From: an uncultured delta proteobacterium
GTDB lineage: Bacteria > Desulfobacterota > Syntrophia > Syntrophales > UBA2185
Length of the DNA: 64,000 bases
Reading direction: 5' to 3'
Assembly (NCBI GenBank): GCA_963695875.1
Contig: CAVOID010000005.1
Location: 150,484-214,483, forward strand
Shown: one piece after another, positions 22,281 through 32,678 of the stretch
Layout of the letters: each line of letters opens with the position of its first letter
How positions within the stretch are numbered: position 1 is the stretch's first letter
Made by a program: the position numbers and the translations under genes
The notes under the pieces: model-generated
The model's database searches: none
Told to the model about the DNA's origin: nothing
The model's input: the letters and a program-made list of their open reading frames with translations, nothing else

Positions 22281-22985
22281 ATGGAATTGATCGTCGCGGA
22301 AAATATATCTAAAGATTACCAGGTTGGCGAGGTTGTCATACATGCCTTGAAGGATGTCAGTTTTGAAATTGAGCCGGCATCTTTTGTTTCCTTTGTTGGG
22401 CCTTCAGGAAGTGGCAAAACAACCCTTCTGAACCTGATCGGTTGCCTGGATAAACCCACGGAAGGGAAGTTAACGGTTGCAGGCACTGACATTTCCATGC
22501 TCGATCGAAAAGAGAGCGCCGCCTTTCGGGGAAATCACATCGGCTTCATTTTTCAGGATTTTAATCTAATACCCGTTCTCACGGTATACGAAAACATTGA
22601 ATACCCTCTCCTCATGGTTCAAAATGTGCCGGCCACAGAAAGGAGCGACAGGATTCATGGGCTGCTCAAAGCCGTCGACATGCTCGATCAGAAGGACAAA
22701 TACCCGGATCAGATCTCAGGCGGCCAGAAACAGCGGGTGGCGATCGCCAGGGCGCTTGTGACGAATCCAAAACTTGTCCTGGCTGATGAACCTACGGCCA
22801 ATCTCGATTCTCAGACTGCCCATGCCGTCATTGAACTCATGAAGAAGATGAAAGATGAACTCAAGACGACATTTATTTTTTCTACTCATGATCAGAAGAT
22901 CGTGGGGGAGGCAGAGACTGTTTTCACTCTCGGGGATGGTGAATTGATGGATCATAAAGTGAAGGGAGGGATAAAAAATGGGTAA
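22281..22985 (+). CDS. ABC transporter ATP-binding protein (LolD/MacB-like)
   Basis: GPSGSGKT, ISGGQKQR, LADEPT. Confidence 0.95.
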   Translation: MELIVAENISKDYQVGEVVIHALKDVSFEIEPASFVSFVGPSGSGKTTLLNLIGCLDKPTEGKLTVAGTDISMLDRKESAAFRGNHIGFIFQDFNLIPVLTVYENIEYPLLMVQNVPATERSDRIHGLLKAVDMLDQKDKYPDQISGGQKQRVAIARALVTNPKLVLADEPTANLDSQTAHAVIELMKKMKDELKTTFIFSTHDQKIVGEAETVFTLGDGELMDHKVKGGIKNG

Positions 22986-24216
22986 CCTCTTTAAAATTGC
23001 AGTCCGAAACCTCTTGCGATACAAGAGACGGACATTCCTCACAGCATCTCTTATCACCATCGGGGTGATTTTTGTCCTTGTCTTTATCTCCGTTTCCGGT
23101 TCTTTTAAAGCAATGATGATCAGCCAGATAACGGACTCAATGCTGGGACATATCCAGATACATAAAAAGGGATATGTAGCCGCCATTGACAATTTGCCCC
23201 TCAATTTGAATCTCAGGCCACAGGCTGTTGCAAAAATCGAAGATATCCTCAATAATGATGTCGACGTGGAATCATATTCCCCACGGATCAAGTTCGGAGG
23301 GATGTTCAGTAATTTTATAGAAACAACAAATATCCGTCTCAACGGCGTTTATCCGGATCGAGAATTTAAGACAATCCCTCTGCTTGCGTCAAGGATCAGT
23401 GCCGGCAAACAATCCATTGAAAAAGGAGGAATCCTTATCCCTGTCCTGCTGTCAAAAGGGATGGGCGTCAAGATCGGAGATACCGTGGTGATTGTGACTA
23501 CCAATAAAGATGGGTCGGTTAACGGAAAACAATTTACAGTCTCCGGCATCCTCGAAAGCGCCACCGGACCGGGTGGAAGAGATGGTTACGTTCATATCGA
23601 AGACGCCCAGGAACTTCTGAGAATGACGGAGATGGAGATAAGCGAGGTGGCAATCCGTCTCAAGGATTTCGACAGGCTCCATTCTGCCGATCTCAAGCTT
23701 CAAAATCTCCTGGCAGGAGAGTTAAATCAGCAGGGGAAACCCATTTTCGAAATTCACACATGGGAAAAGCTCTCCCCATTTTATCATCTTTCCAGAATGA
23801 TTGATCTGATGACATTCTTTATTAAGCTCATGCTCATCGCCATTGTCCTCATCAGCATCATGAACGTGATGATCATGGCGGTCTATGAAAGAATCCGGGA
23901 GATTGGTACAATTGCAGCTATCGGCACGCCTCCGAAGAAGATCCTTTCCATGTTTGTGATCGAAGGGTTCTGTCTCGGGATTTTTGGTACCGTTGTAGGA
24001 AATATTTTCGGAGCTGTAATTATTTATATAATCAACGCGTCAAAGATTACTTTTGACTTTGCGATGCACCAGGGATTAATTTTGTCGGCCAATATCAGGT
24101 CCTCAGATATAATCTCCATATCTGTCATAGTCATCATTGTCTCTGTGATTGCAAGCCTTCAGCCTGCTTTCAAAGCCTCGCGCATGGAACCGATCACAGC
24201 ATTGAGACATGTCTAA
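22978..24216 (+). CDS. FtsX/LolCE-like ABC permease
   Basis: ERIREIGTIAAIG and PAFKASRMEPITALR. Confidence 0.92.
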   Translation: MGNLFKIAVRNLLRYKRRTFLTASLITIGVIFVLVFISVSGSFKAMMISQITDSMLGHIQIHKKGYVAAIDNLPLNLNLRPQAVAKIEDILNNDVDVESYSPRIKFGGMFSNFIETTNIRLNGVYPDREFKTIPLLASRISAGKQSIEKGGILIPVLLSKGMGVKIGDTVVIVTTNKDGSVNGKQFTVSGILESATGPGGRDGYVHIEDAQELLRMTEMEISEVAIRLKDFDRLHSADLKLQNLLAGELNQQGKPIFEIHTWEKLSPFYHLSRMIDLMTFFIKLMLIAIVLISIMNVMIMAVYERIREIGTIAAIGTPPKKILSMFVIEGFCLGIFGTVVGNIFGAVIIYIINASKITFDFAMHQGLILSANIRSSDIISISVIVIIVSVIASLQPAFKASRMEPITALRHV

Positions 24217-24332
24217 AATTTATTGAGGTTGAAATTTATGAAGCTGAAATCTATTGCTCATGTTTTGGGTTTGGAAAGATGCCCAATGCGCCGGACTGTA
24301 ACCTGCGAACGTCTTACTCACGGAGGTCTGAC

Positions 24333-25067
24333 ATGTATAAATTTCTGATATCATCCGTACTGATCCTGCTTCTTGTCCTCCCGGCATATGCACTTGACGG
24401 TACGCAACTTCTGGAACAGGTGGATAAAAATCTAAACCCGGAATCATACGAAGCCTACAGGAAACTGATTAATGTGGAGCCCGATGGCAAAAGAAAAGAG
24501 TACACTCTTTTTACCATAAAGAAAGGGACTGACAAGATAGCGGCCATCTTCCTTGCCCCGGCAAGTGAAAAGGGAAGAAGCATATTGAGGCTGGGAGAGA
24601 ATATGTGGCTTTATATCCCCAATGTAGGGAAGCCCATTCGCATCACGAGCCTTCAGTCCGTGGTGGGTGGAGTTTTTAATAATGCGGATATTTTGAACCT
24701 TGATTATGTGGCAGAATATAGTGTGGAGTCGCTAAAAGAAGAGGGCAAGGAATATCTTCTTTCCTTAAAAGCCAAAACGAGGGAAGTGGCATATGACCGG
24801 CTGAAGATGTGGGTGGATAAAAACAAACTGCTTCCGACGAAAATCGAATGCCTGACAGAGAAATTCCTGCTTATTAAGACCCTTTATTTCAAGGACCATA
24901 AAGACTTCGGAGGAGGGCTGGTGAGGCCATCGGTCATCGAAACGGACAGTCCTCTCTATAAGGGGTATAAATCCGTTATAATCTATGCCAAAATCAAGAA
25001 GAGGGATTTCAAGGATGAATCCTTTACCCTGACTTTTATGCCTCATATAGAAACCCTGAGGAGATGA
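24333..25067 (+). CDS. Outer-membrane lipoprotein-sorting (LolA-like) protein
   Basis: GGAGG RBS, signal peptide, FLAPASEKG...MWLYIP. Confidence 0.82.
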   Translation: MYKFLISSVLILLLVLPAYALDGTQLLEQVDKNLNPESYEAYRKLINVEPDGKRKEYTLFTIKKGTDKIAAIFLAPASEKGRSILRLGENMWLYIPNVGKPIRITSLQSVVGGVFNNADILNLDYVAEYSVESLKEEGKEYLLSLKAKTREVAYDRLKMWVDKNKLLPTKIECLTEKFLLIKTLYFKDHKDFGGGLVRPSVIETDSPLYKGYKSVIIYAKIKKRDFKDESFTLTFMPHIETLRR

Positions 25068-26359
25068 AAATACTCATCGTTTTGTTGAATCTGCTTATCC
25101 TGTTACCGGCTCTTGCCTATGGAGAGGAGCAGTACAAATTCGAGTTATCCGAAACAGAAAAGAAACCTTACCACTTCGGCGGATACGTGGAGTTCAGGCC
25201 GGTTGTTTTCTGGCCGGACACGGGCTCTGCACTGTATAAGCTGAATTATTACAAACGAGACCCCGGCGGCAATACAGAAGAGTATAATGCGAAGCTGCAA
25301 TTGGAAGGGAGCTACGAGAAGGGGGCTGCACGGCTGTATTTCAAAACCAATACGGACTACAAGAATTCTTATTTCGGCGAATCTGAGCATTCAACTTTCT
25401 ATGAGGGGTATGTTTCTTTAAAACCGTCTGATTCTCTGAAGGTTGACGCCGGAAAGAGAACCTTCAAATGGGGAAAGGGCTATGCCTGGAATCCCGTCGC
25501 CTTTCTCGACAGACCAAAAGACCCGAATGATCCGGAACTGGCACTGGAAGGGTATATCGCTGCCTCAGCAGACTATATCAAGAGCTTTCAAGGCCCTCTG
25601 AAAACCTTTTCCTTCACACCTGTCTTATTTCCCGTTTATGACCATATCAACGACAGTTTTGGTCAGAACAATAAACTCAATTTCGCAGGGAAACTTTATT
25701 TTCTCCTTTATGACACAGATATTGATCTGATCGTCTTTACCGGCGGGAGTAAAACGACCCGGTACGGCCTGGACTTCTCCAGAAATATTACGCCGAATCT
25801 GGAAGTCCATGGTGAATTCGCATATATACGAGATTATCAGGACAACTTCATAGACAGCAACGGGAACACTTATCTCAACGAATACGACGCTAAAAGTTAT
25901 CTCCTGGGCATCAGGTACCTCACCGCAAGCGATACCACTTATATATTTGAGTACTACCACAATGGGACAGGGTACACGGAGGCTGAGCTGAAGAACTACT
26001 ATGCCTTCATAAATAAGGGCTATCAGTCTTACCTCTCCACAGGGAGCGATTCGCTCCTGCAGAAAGCCGCCAATCTGACGGAAAATAATTACGGAAGGGT
26101 CAACCCGATGATCAATTACCTTTATTTGCGGGTAAGCCAGAAAGAGCCCTTCGATATCCTGTACCTTACGCCGGCTATCACGGGCATATGGAATATGGAC
26201 GACAAAAGTCTGACTGTATCCCCTGAAGTCTTATATACACGCTTTACTAATTGGGAGTTGCGTTTGAAGGCTATCTTTCTCGTTGGTGGAGGGGACAGTG
26301 AATTCGGAGAAAAGCAAAACGACTACCGACTGGAATTTAGAGCGGGGTATTACTTTTGA
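25064..26359 (+). CDS. Probable outer-membrane beta-barrel protein
   Basis: Signal peptide, alternating aromatic beta strands, terminal YYF. Confidence 0.7.
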   Translation: MKILIVLLNLLILLPALAYGEEQYKFELSETEKKPYHFGGYVEFRPVVFWPDTGSALYKLNYYKRDPGGNTEEYNAKLQLEGSYEKGAARLYFKTNTDYKNSYFGESEHSTFYEGYVSLKPSDSLKVDAGKRTFKWGKGYAWNPVAFLDRPKDPNDPELALEGYIAASADYIKSFQGPLKTFSFTPVLFPVYDHINDSFGQNNKLNFAGKLYFLLYDTDIDLIVFTGGSKTTRYGLDFSRNITPNLEVHGEFAYIRDYQDNFIDSNGNTYLNEYDAKSYLLGIRYLTASDTTYIFEYYHNGTGYTEAELKNYYAFINKGYQSYLSTGSDSLLQKAANLTENNYGRVNPMINYLYLRVSQKEPFDILYLTPAITGIWNMDDKSLTVSPEVLYTRFTNWELRLKAIFLVGGGDSEFGEKQNDYRLEFRAGYYF

Positions 26360-26364
26360 ATCAA

Positions 26365-26505
26365 ATGCCAATAGTCAAAGGTCTGTTTGCATCCTTTTTC
26401 AGGCTTGGCCTGACTGCCTTCGGAGGCCCTGCAATGGTGGCGCATATCAGGGAACTTTCTACCGAGCGCCATCAATGGTTGGTGGTCTCAGGTTCAAGTA
26501 CATGA
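26365..26505 (+). pseudogene. 5' remnant of a chromate transporter gene
   Basis: LFASFFRLGLTAFGGPAMVAHIRELS closely matches the N-terminus of the gene at 27861. Confidence 0.75.
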
Positions 26506-26541
26506 TAATGGAATGTGAAGTAATGATTAGGAGGAAATTAG

Positions 26542-27822
26542 ATGTTTTTGAAAAATTTAAAAGAGAAGATAATGAGGGTGACGGCATTTACCGGTATATT
26601 TCTATTTATTGTTGTGGCCTTTGAAATTATGATCATGATAAGTCCATTTGCGTTTTTCTTCTATTCTGTCTTTAATCCGGTATTCAATTGGCTGGGCCGG
26701 TTCCCCGCAACAAGTTGGCTTACTTCCTTCTTTTTGCCCCATATGATTTTGCCGCCGACTCTTTTTCTGAAAATCATCCGTATTGCCGGTTCCGCATTTT
26801 TTATAATAGGTGCTGTCGCTTTCATAGTGTGCGCTTTACAGGTCTATCTGGGTAAGCTGTTCAGGTGGGGTGTAGCGGATAAGGGACTGTATAAGCATAT
26901 ACGGCATCCCCAGTATCTTGCACTTGGCATATGGGGTATCGGCATGAGCATCTTATGGCCACGGTTCCTGGTTCTCGCAACCCTTTCCATTATGTTTATC
27001 CTGTACTATTTTCTGGCGAAAGATGAAGAGAAGCGGATGCTGAACCGTTATGGAGAGTCATACGAAAAGTATATGAACAGCACCGGTATGTTTCTCCCAA
27101 AAAAGGTTGGGAGATATTTTTCTTTTATGAATCACATCATCCCGGAAACTTCGCTCAGGTATGCCGTTGTTTCTATGCTGATCATTACCTCAGTCTTGGG
27201 CTCGGGTTTCATTCTGAGGACAATTACTTTAAACTCCCTCCCCTTCGCGTCTAAAACAAATGTGACCATCGTATCCATGTTGCCAGAAGATGCCGGTATG
27301 AATGCAAATACAATACAGGCCATTCTTCATGGCGAGAAATACGGCAAGATAAATTTATCCGATGATAAAGACTATCTCGCGTATTTGATGCCCGCAGATT
27401 ATATCATGCAGGGCATGATAGCAAATACGGGTGGAGAATTTCATCTCTTTAAACAACATAACACATTTGCCATGATAATCGAATGGGTCTTGCATCCTTT
27501 CGAGCATCTCAGGAGTTCACCGTCTTTTCATATGGCCAGGTTGCATAATGTTGATCCGTCAATCGCGAGAAGGCGCCACTGCCCTATCAGCATAGATGAG
27601 CCCGCTTTGGACTGCAATGCCTGCCCGTATAGACGTGTGATTATCGATGAAGTACAGGATGAAACGGGGAAGCATCTGTCGGGAAGTGGTTTGTTCTCGT
27701 TTGGAACGATTAGAACGCCTCGTTATGCCATCGATTTAAATACTCAGACAGGTGCGATCGTCAACATTGTAGCTGTTGAGAAAGCAACGGCGTGGGTGGA
27801 TGTACCTACACCAAGTATCTGA
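26542..27822 (+). CDS. ICMT/PEMT-family membrane methyltransferase with C-terminal Cys/His-containing domain
   Basis: GLYKHIRHPQY and EEKRM..RYGESYEKY. Confidence 0.78.
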   Translation: MFLKNLKEKIMRVTAFTGIFLFIVVAFEIMIMISPFAFFFYSVFNPVFNWLGRFPATSWLTSFFLPHMILPPTLFLKIIRIAGSAFFIIGAVAFIVCALQVYLGKLFRWGVADKGLYKHIRHPQYLALGIWGIGMSILWPRFLVLATLSIMFILYYFLAKDEEKRMLNRYGESYEKYMNSTGMFLPKKVGRYFSFMNHIIPETSLRYAVVSMLIITSVLGSGFILRTITLNSLPFASKTNVTIVSMLPEDAGMNANTIQAILHGEKYGKINLSDDKDYLAYLMPADYIMQGMIANTGGEFHLFKQHNTFAMIIEWVLHPFEHLRSSPSFHMARLHNVDPSIARRRHCPISIDEPALDCNACPYRRVIIDEVQDETGKHLSGSGLFSFGTIRTPRYAIDLNTQTGAIVNIVAVEKATAWVDVPTPSI

Positions 27823-27860
27823 GTAAATATTATTAATTTAATCGGCAATCAGGATAAGTA

Positions 27861-29018
27861 TTGAACGGAAATCCCTCTATTAGATATCTCTTCCTGTCCT
27901 TCCTGCGACTCGGAATTACATCTTTCGGTGGCCCTGCAATGGTGGCTCATATCAGGGAACTCTCTATCCGACGCAATAGATGGCTGGACGAAGCCGATTT
28001 TAAAAACGGCATCGCCCTCTGCCAATCCATACCGGGCGCTACCGTCATGCAGGTAGCCGCGTATGTCGGGCTCAAAGTTCGGGGAATCTTCGGGGCATTA
28101 GCTGCCTATATAGGTTTCGGATTACCGGCTTTTATCCTGATGTTGATTCTCTCGGCTTTATATGCCCGATTCAACAGCCTTCCAAAGTTCATCTCTTTGT
28201 TTAATGGCCTTCAGGTGATCGTCGTTGCTATCATCTTTAACGCAGTCTTATCTTTTGGCAGGAATATCGTAAACGATTACAGGAGCATTATCGTTGCGCT
28301 TTTGTCTGCTCTCTTGTTCTGGCTGGGTATAAGTCCTTTTATAGTTATCGTTGGAGCCGGAATTCTTGGCATGAAGTTGTTTAGAATATCCGCCTCAAGC
28401 ACAGCAGTCAATTCCGAAACAAAGGAAACAAAGTGGCATACCAAGCGAATCATTGTTCTCTTGGTCACTTTTTTTATCTGTCTTACCGGGCTGTATTTCG
28501 TAAACTCCACACTCTTTAGTATAGCGGCGGTCATGCTCAAAATAGACCTCTTCGCCTTCGGTGGCGGGTTTGCCTCTCTTCCGCTCATGCTTCACGAGGT
28601 TGTAATTAACAGGGGATGGCTGGACAGCAAGACCTTTATGGACGGAATAGCCCTCGGCCAGGTGACACCGGGCCCCATCGTTATTACAGCGGCCTTTGTG
28701 GGATATTTGGTCTATGGGATTCTCGGTGCGATTGTTGCGGCAATCGCTATATTTACACCTTCATTCTTCCTTTTGGTTACCATTGCACCATTTTTTGATC
28801 GTCTGAAGAATTCCGTATATTTTATGAGGGCGATAGATGGCATTTTCGCATCCTTCGCAGGACTTCTCTTATATGTTTGTATCAAATTCGCGGTGACTGT
28901 ACCGTGGGACATCGTAAGGATTTTATTGGTTCTTGCGGCATTAGCCGCCCTGCTTCGAAGGATAGACATACTTTATATAGTGCTGGGTGGGGCGCTTATT
29001 TCTATATTCTTTTTGTAA
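27861..29018 (+). CDS. chrA: Chromate efflux transporter (long-chain CHR)
   Basis: Two CHR repeats: SFGGP..CQSIPG and AFGGG..GQVTPGP. Confidence 0.93.
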   Translation: MNGNPSIRYLFLSFLRLGITSFGGPAMVAHIRELSIRRNRWLDEADFKNGIALCQSIPGATVMQVAAYVGLKVRGIFGALAAYIGFGLPAFILMLILSALYARFNSLPKFISLFNGLQVIVVAIIFNAVLSFGRNIVNDYRSIIVALLSALLFWLGISPFIVIVGAGILGMKLFRISASSTAVNSETKETKWHTKRIIVLLVTFFICLTGLYFVNSTLFSIAAVMLKIDLFAFGGGFASLPLMLHEVVINRGWLDSKTFMDGIALGQVTPGPIVITAAFVGYLVYGILGAIVAAIAIFTPSFFLLVTIAPFFDRLKNSVYFMRAIDGIFASFAGLLLYVCIKFAVTVPWDIVRILLVLAALAALLRRIDILYIVLGGALISIFFL

Positions 29019-29191
29019 GTCTGACGAGACAAAATAAATATCATTCTTATTCTTCTTTAGTAAATCAAATTTAATTCAGTATTAAGTGTTTCGAATAGAA
29101 CTACCGCAGCTAAACAGTCAGATATGTCCGTGCAATCTTCCTTATATAATTGAAATGGGATTCGGTTATCGAAAGCAAAATAGAAAAACCC

Positions 29192-29237
29192 TTGACAAAA
29201 ATAATATGACTACATATATTGCCTGTTAGCAATATAT
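29192..29237 (+). promoter_or_regulatory. Sigma70 promoter with overlapping ArsR-type operator
   Basis: TTGACA-N17-TATATT; the inverted repeat ATATATTGC-CTGTTA-GCAATATAT (29214-29237) overlaps the -10. Confidence 0.8.
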
Positions 29238-29244
29238 AGGAGCT

Positions 29245-29598
29245 ATGACCATGAAAGATTTTATTCGGGTCATGAAGGCCCTCTCCGATCCCAACCGGGT
29301 GAAGATCATTAAGATCCTGCAAGAACGTGTTATGTGCGTCTGCGAGATTCAAGCGGCCCTGCGTTTAGCCCAGCCGACCATATCTAAGCACCTGAAGGTC
29401 CTGGAGGATGCGGGACTCGTAAACCACAGTAAAGAGGGATTGTGGGTCAACTATTCCATTACCGATGGCGCACGGAGTTCCTATGCGGCAAGTCTCCTTG
29501 GACAAATGCGCCACTGGCTCTCTGAAGACCCGGGGATCAAGAGGCTTCTCAGCTGCCTTGACGAGATTCAGCGGGAAGACATCTGCAAGAGGCCATGA
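29245..29598 (+). CDS. arsR: ArsR/SmtB metalloregulator
   Basis: KALSDPNR, MCVCEI As(III) site, SKHLKVL HTH. Confidence 0.92.
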   Translation: MTMKDFIRVMKALSDPNRVKIIKILQERVMCVCEIQAALRLAQPTISKHLKVLEDAGLVNHSKEGLWVNYSITDGARSSYAASLLGQMRHWLSEDPGIKRLLSCLDEIQREDICKRP

Positions 29599-29701
29599 AA
29601 GCTTAAGTAAATTACCTTTTGGAAATATGATAATAAGCAGGGGATGCTGACAACAGCATTTTGGGTTGGAATACGACAGACATTGAGAGGAGATGCGTTT
29701 T

Positions 29702-29935
29702 ATGGAAATCAAGATTTTAGGGCCTGGATGCGCGAAATGCCATCAGGTGGAAAAACTAGTCAAAGAAACGCTCGCTGAGACGGGCGCAGATGCAAATGTC
29801 GAACATGTAACTGATTTCAAGAAGATCGCTGAGTACGGAGTTTTTAGCACGCCGTCGGTGGTCGTGGATGGCAAGGTCAAATCAGTGGGCAAGATTCCGA
29901 AAAAAGAAGAAATCAAGACCTGGATCGGGAAGTGA
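29702..29935 (+). CDS. Small redox-active disulfide protein (MTH895-like thioredoxin)
   Basis: MEIKILGPGCAKC...TPSVVVDG. Confidence 0.9.
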   Translation: MEIKILGPGCAKCHQVEKLVKETLAETGADANVEHVTDFKKIAEYGVFSTPSVVVDGKVKSVGKIPKKEEIKTWIGK

Positions 29936-29955
29936 TTATGAGAATCGTTTAACCC

Positions 29956-30042
29956 GTCATTCCTTGCTTGACATGGGATCCATGGCCACAGGGTTGGATT
30001 CCCGCCGGATATCGCCCTCGTTAAAGCGCGGGTGGAAATAAC
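29956..30042. repeat. Degenerate REP-like palindromic element
   Basis: GTCATTCC...GGATCCA...TGGATTCCCG...CGCGGG...GGAAATAAC architecture. Confidence 0.4.
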
Positions 30043-30064
30043 ATTTCTGTTGGAGATTCACTTT

Positions 30065-31015
30065 ATGATTCAAGCTTTTGCCGACTGGCTCACCTATAAC
30101 GTATTCAAGATGACCGCTGGCGCCCATCTTACCGACGCTGTCAATTTCTTCGTCTATGACACCATCAAGATCATCCTGATGCTGACGGTGATCATCTATA
30201 TTGTGTCCATTATCAGGAGCTTTTTTCCACCGGAGAAGGTGAAGAACGTCCTGGCCAGAAAGTCGGAATTTGTGGGAAACATTCTGGCGTCCATGCTGGG
30301 AATTGTCACTCCTTTTTGCTCCTGTTCAGCAGTACCGGTTTTCATCGGTTTCCTGGAGGCGGGCGTCCCCCTGGGTGTAACGCTATCATTTCTGATCGCC
30401 TCGCCGATGATCAATGAAGTAGCCTTGGTACTACTCTGGGGCCTCTTCGGCGCCAAGATTGCCTTGATCTATATAGGGACAGGGATGGCCGTGGCTATCA
30501 CGGCCGGCTTTATCCTGGGACGTATCCCCGCCGTGGAAAAGATGGTCGAGGATTACGTCTGGGAGATACGGATGGGGGTGGTGGAAGTGCCGGAACTGAC
30601 CTGGAAGGACCGCTTCGAGCAGGCTCGCTTTCACACCCAGGATATCCTGAAGCGGGTCACCCTTTACGTCATCCTGGGCATCGGCGTCGGGGCGCTCATT
30701 CACGGTTATGCGCCAATTGACTTCGTGGCGAAATATGCCGGGCGGGACAACCCCTTTGCTGTTCCACTGGCCGTCCTGATCGCCATCCCTCTCTATTCAA
30801 ACGCTGCCGGGACGATCCCCATCGTTCAGGCTTTGATGGGCAAGGGGATGCCGCTGGGTACCGTACTGGCCTTCATGATGGCCATCACGGCCATTTCTTT
30901 CCCGGAAATGGTCATCCTCAGGAAGGTATTGAAAGTCAAACTGCTGGTGATCTTTACTCTCATTATGACGGTAGCCATCATCTTGGTGGGCTACCTTTTC
31001 AATGCAATCATTTAA
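30065..31015 (+). CDS. arsP: DUF318/ArsP-family permease
   Basis: TPFCSCS, FLIASP and SFPEM motifs; ars-cluster context. Confidence 0.85.
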   Translation: MIQAFADWLTYNVFKMTAGAHLTDAVNFFVYDTIKIILMLTVIIYIVSIIRSFFPPEKVKNVLARKSEFVGNILASMLGIVTPFCSCSAVPVFIGFLEAGVPLGVTLSFLIASPMINEVALVLLWGLFGAKIALIYIGTGMAVAITAGFILGRIPAVEKMVEDYVWEIRMGVVEVPELTWKDRFEQARFHTQDILKRVTLYVILGIGVGALIHGYAPIDFVAKYAGRDNPFAVPLAVLIAIPLYSNAAGTIPIVQALMGKGMPLGTVLAFMMAITAISFPEMVILRKVLKVKLLVIFTLIMTVAIILVGYLFNAII

Positions 31016-31030
31016 ACGAGGATGTTATTT

Positions 31031-31264
31031 ATGGAAACTAAAATCTTAGGACCTGGATGTGCCCGGTGCAAACAGGTGGAGAAGATTATCAGAGAAGTAC
31101 TTACCGAAACCGGCGTGGAAGCAATTGTTAATAAGGTGAAGGACTTTGAGTAGATAGCTGTCTATGGCCTCTTCGGCACACCGACGGTGGTCATCGACGG
31201 AGAAGTCAAGTCCGTGGGTAAGATTCCAAAGAAGGAAGATATTCTAAAGTGGATCAAGAAATAG
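31031..31264 (+). pseudogene. Second MTH895-like thioredoxin, with in-frame TAG at 31151
   Basis: METKILGPGCARC...KDFE*IAVYGLFGTP...; full-length paralog of 29702..29935. Confidence 0.8.
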
Positions 31265-31356
31265 GTAAAACCTTATTTACCCGGCAAGCCTCGAAACCCT
31301 GTCTCCTCAGGAGCCTAGAAAAGCATTAGCAAGACACTGCACAAAAGGAGGAAGGT

Positions 31357-31500
31357 ATGTACGAAAAAGTTGTTATTGTTTCGGATCTTTCCGAGGCTAC
31401 AAGCCATGTAATCAACTGCGTCCAGGATCTCAAGAAAATGGGAACGAAAGATGTCATTCTTTTCCATGCGCGAGATTTCGCTGATAATGAGGTGGAATAG
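31357..31500 (+). pseudogene. Truncated universal stress protein (N-terminus only)
   Basis: GGAGG RBS; MYEKVVIVSDLSE...VILFHA, then a stop after 47 aa. Confidence 0.6.
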
Positions 31501-31503
31501 CAC

Positions 31504-32553
31504 ATGGCGATAGCAGCAATGCGGTCGTACTTGGTTCATCATTTTAAGAAATGGTGGGAACTCGAGTGGATGCCCTGGCTTGATTGGATACAGCTTGAGG
31601 TTACCTCGCGGTGTAACGCTACCTGTACATACTGTCCGAGAACCGTCTATCACTCTCAATGGGAGAGCAGGGATATTTCCCTCGATACCTTCGAGAGGCT
31701 TTTACCTGTTTTCACCAAGACGAAGATGGTGCATCTGCAGGGGTGGGGCGAACCGTTGCTGTATAAGCACTTTTTTGACATCGTCGCCCGTGTAAAAAAA
31801 GCAGGATGCGAGGTGGGTATGACCACAAATGGGATGCTGCTCAACCGCCAAGAAATCAACAGGCTAGTCGCTAGCGGCATCGACCATGTTGCGTTCTCCT
31901 TGACCGGTATCGGTGAGAAGAACGACACCGTCCGAAAAGGGACAGACTTCAGAAAGATACTTCAGGCCATCTCCGATCTCAATGCTGAGAAAAAAGCCCT
32001 TCACGTCGAAACCCCGATGGTCAACGTGGCTTATCTGCTTCTCCGTTCTCACCTGTCAGACATCGACGATATCGTCCCAATGATTGCGGGACTTGGGATA
32101 CAACACTTGATCATCAGTACCCTTGATTTCGTCCCGAGCAAAGACCTCCAGAAGGAGCAACTTATGCCACGGGACGAGAGGGAATACCGCGAAATGAAAT
32201 CCTTCCTGGATAGACTGGTGATGGCAGGTAAACAAGCAGGGGTCAGTATCTCTTACCGCCTGGTCTCCCCGGGAAAGAGAAACAGGACCTGCACGGAGAA
32301 CGCCGAGCGAAGCCTGTTTGTGTCAGCAGACGGGACTGTCTCGCCGTGTGTATTCATGAATATCCCTGCCTCTGAAGCATTCCATACGGTACGGGGGTGT
32401 GAGCATGAATACCGCCAGCTCACTTTCGGCACAGTGGCCGAGACATCGACGCCGGCCATCTGGTTGAGCAGGCGCTACACTACGTTCAGAGATTCCTTTG
32501 ATTCGGCGCTTCACCCCTTCTGTCAGGAATGCCCGAAGCTCTATGAGTCCTGA
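31504..32553 (+). CDS. Radical SAM protein with SPASM/twitch domain
   Basis: CNATCTYC, GWGEPL, TTNG, DGTVSPC, terminal CQEC. Confidence 0.9.
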   Translation: MAIAAMRSYLVHHFKKWWELEWMPWLDWIQLEVTSRCNATCTYCPRTVYHSQWESRDISLDTFERLLPVFTKTKMVHLQGWGEPLLYKHFFDIVARVKKAGCEVGMTTNGMLLNRQEINRLVASGIDHVAFSLTGIGEKNDTVRKGTDFRKILQAISDLNAEKKALHVETPMVNVAYLLLRSHLSDIDDIVPMIAGLGIQHLIISTLDFVPSKDLQKEQLMPRDEREYREMKSFLDRLVMAGKQAGVSISYRLVSPGKRNRTCTENAERSLFVSADGTVSPCVFMNIPASEAFHTVRGCEHEYRQLTFGTVAETSTPAIWLSRRYTTFRDSFDSALHPFCQECPKLYES

Positions 32554-32678
32554 GATAGCGATGAAGAAAGGGAAAATAGTTGTGAGTGAAACATGGTGTC
32601 CGGCGAACGATCATGAGAGACAGGCTGATTGAGCATCGGTTTTTTAACGTTCTGAATAATACAGTTGAGGTTTTATCT

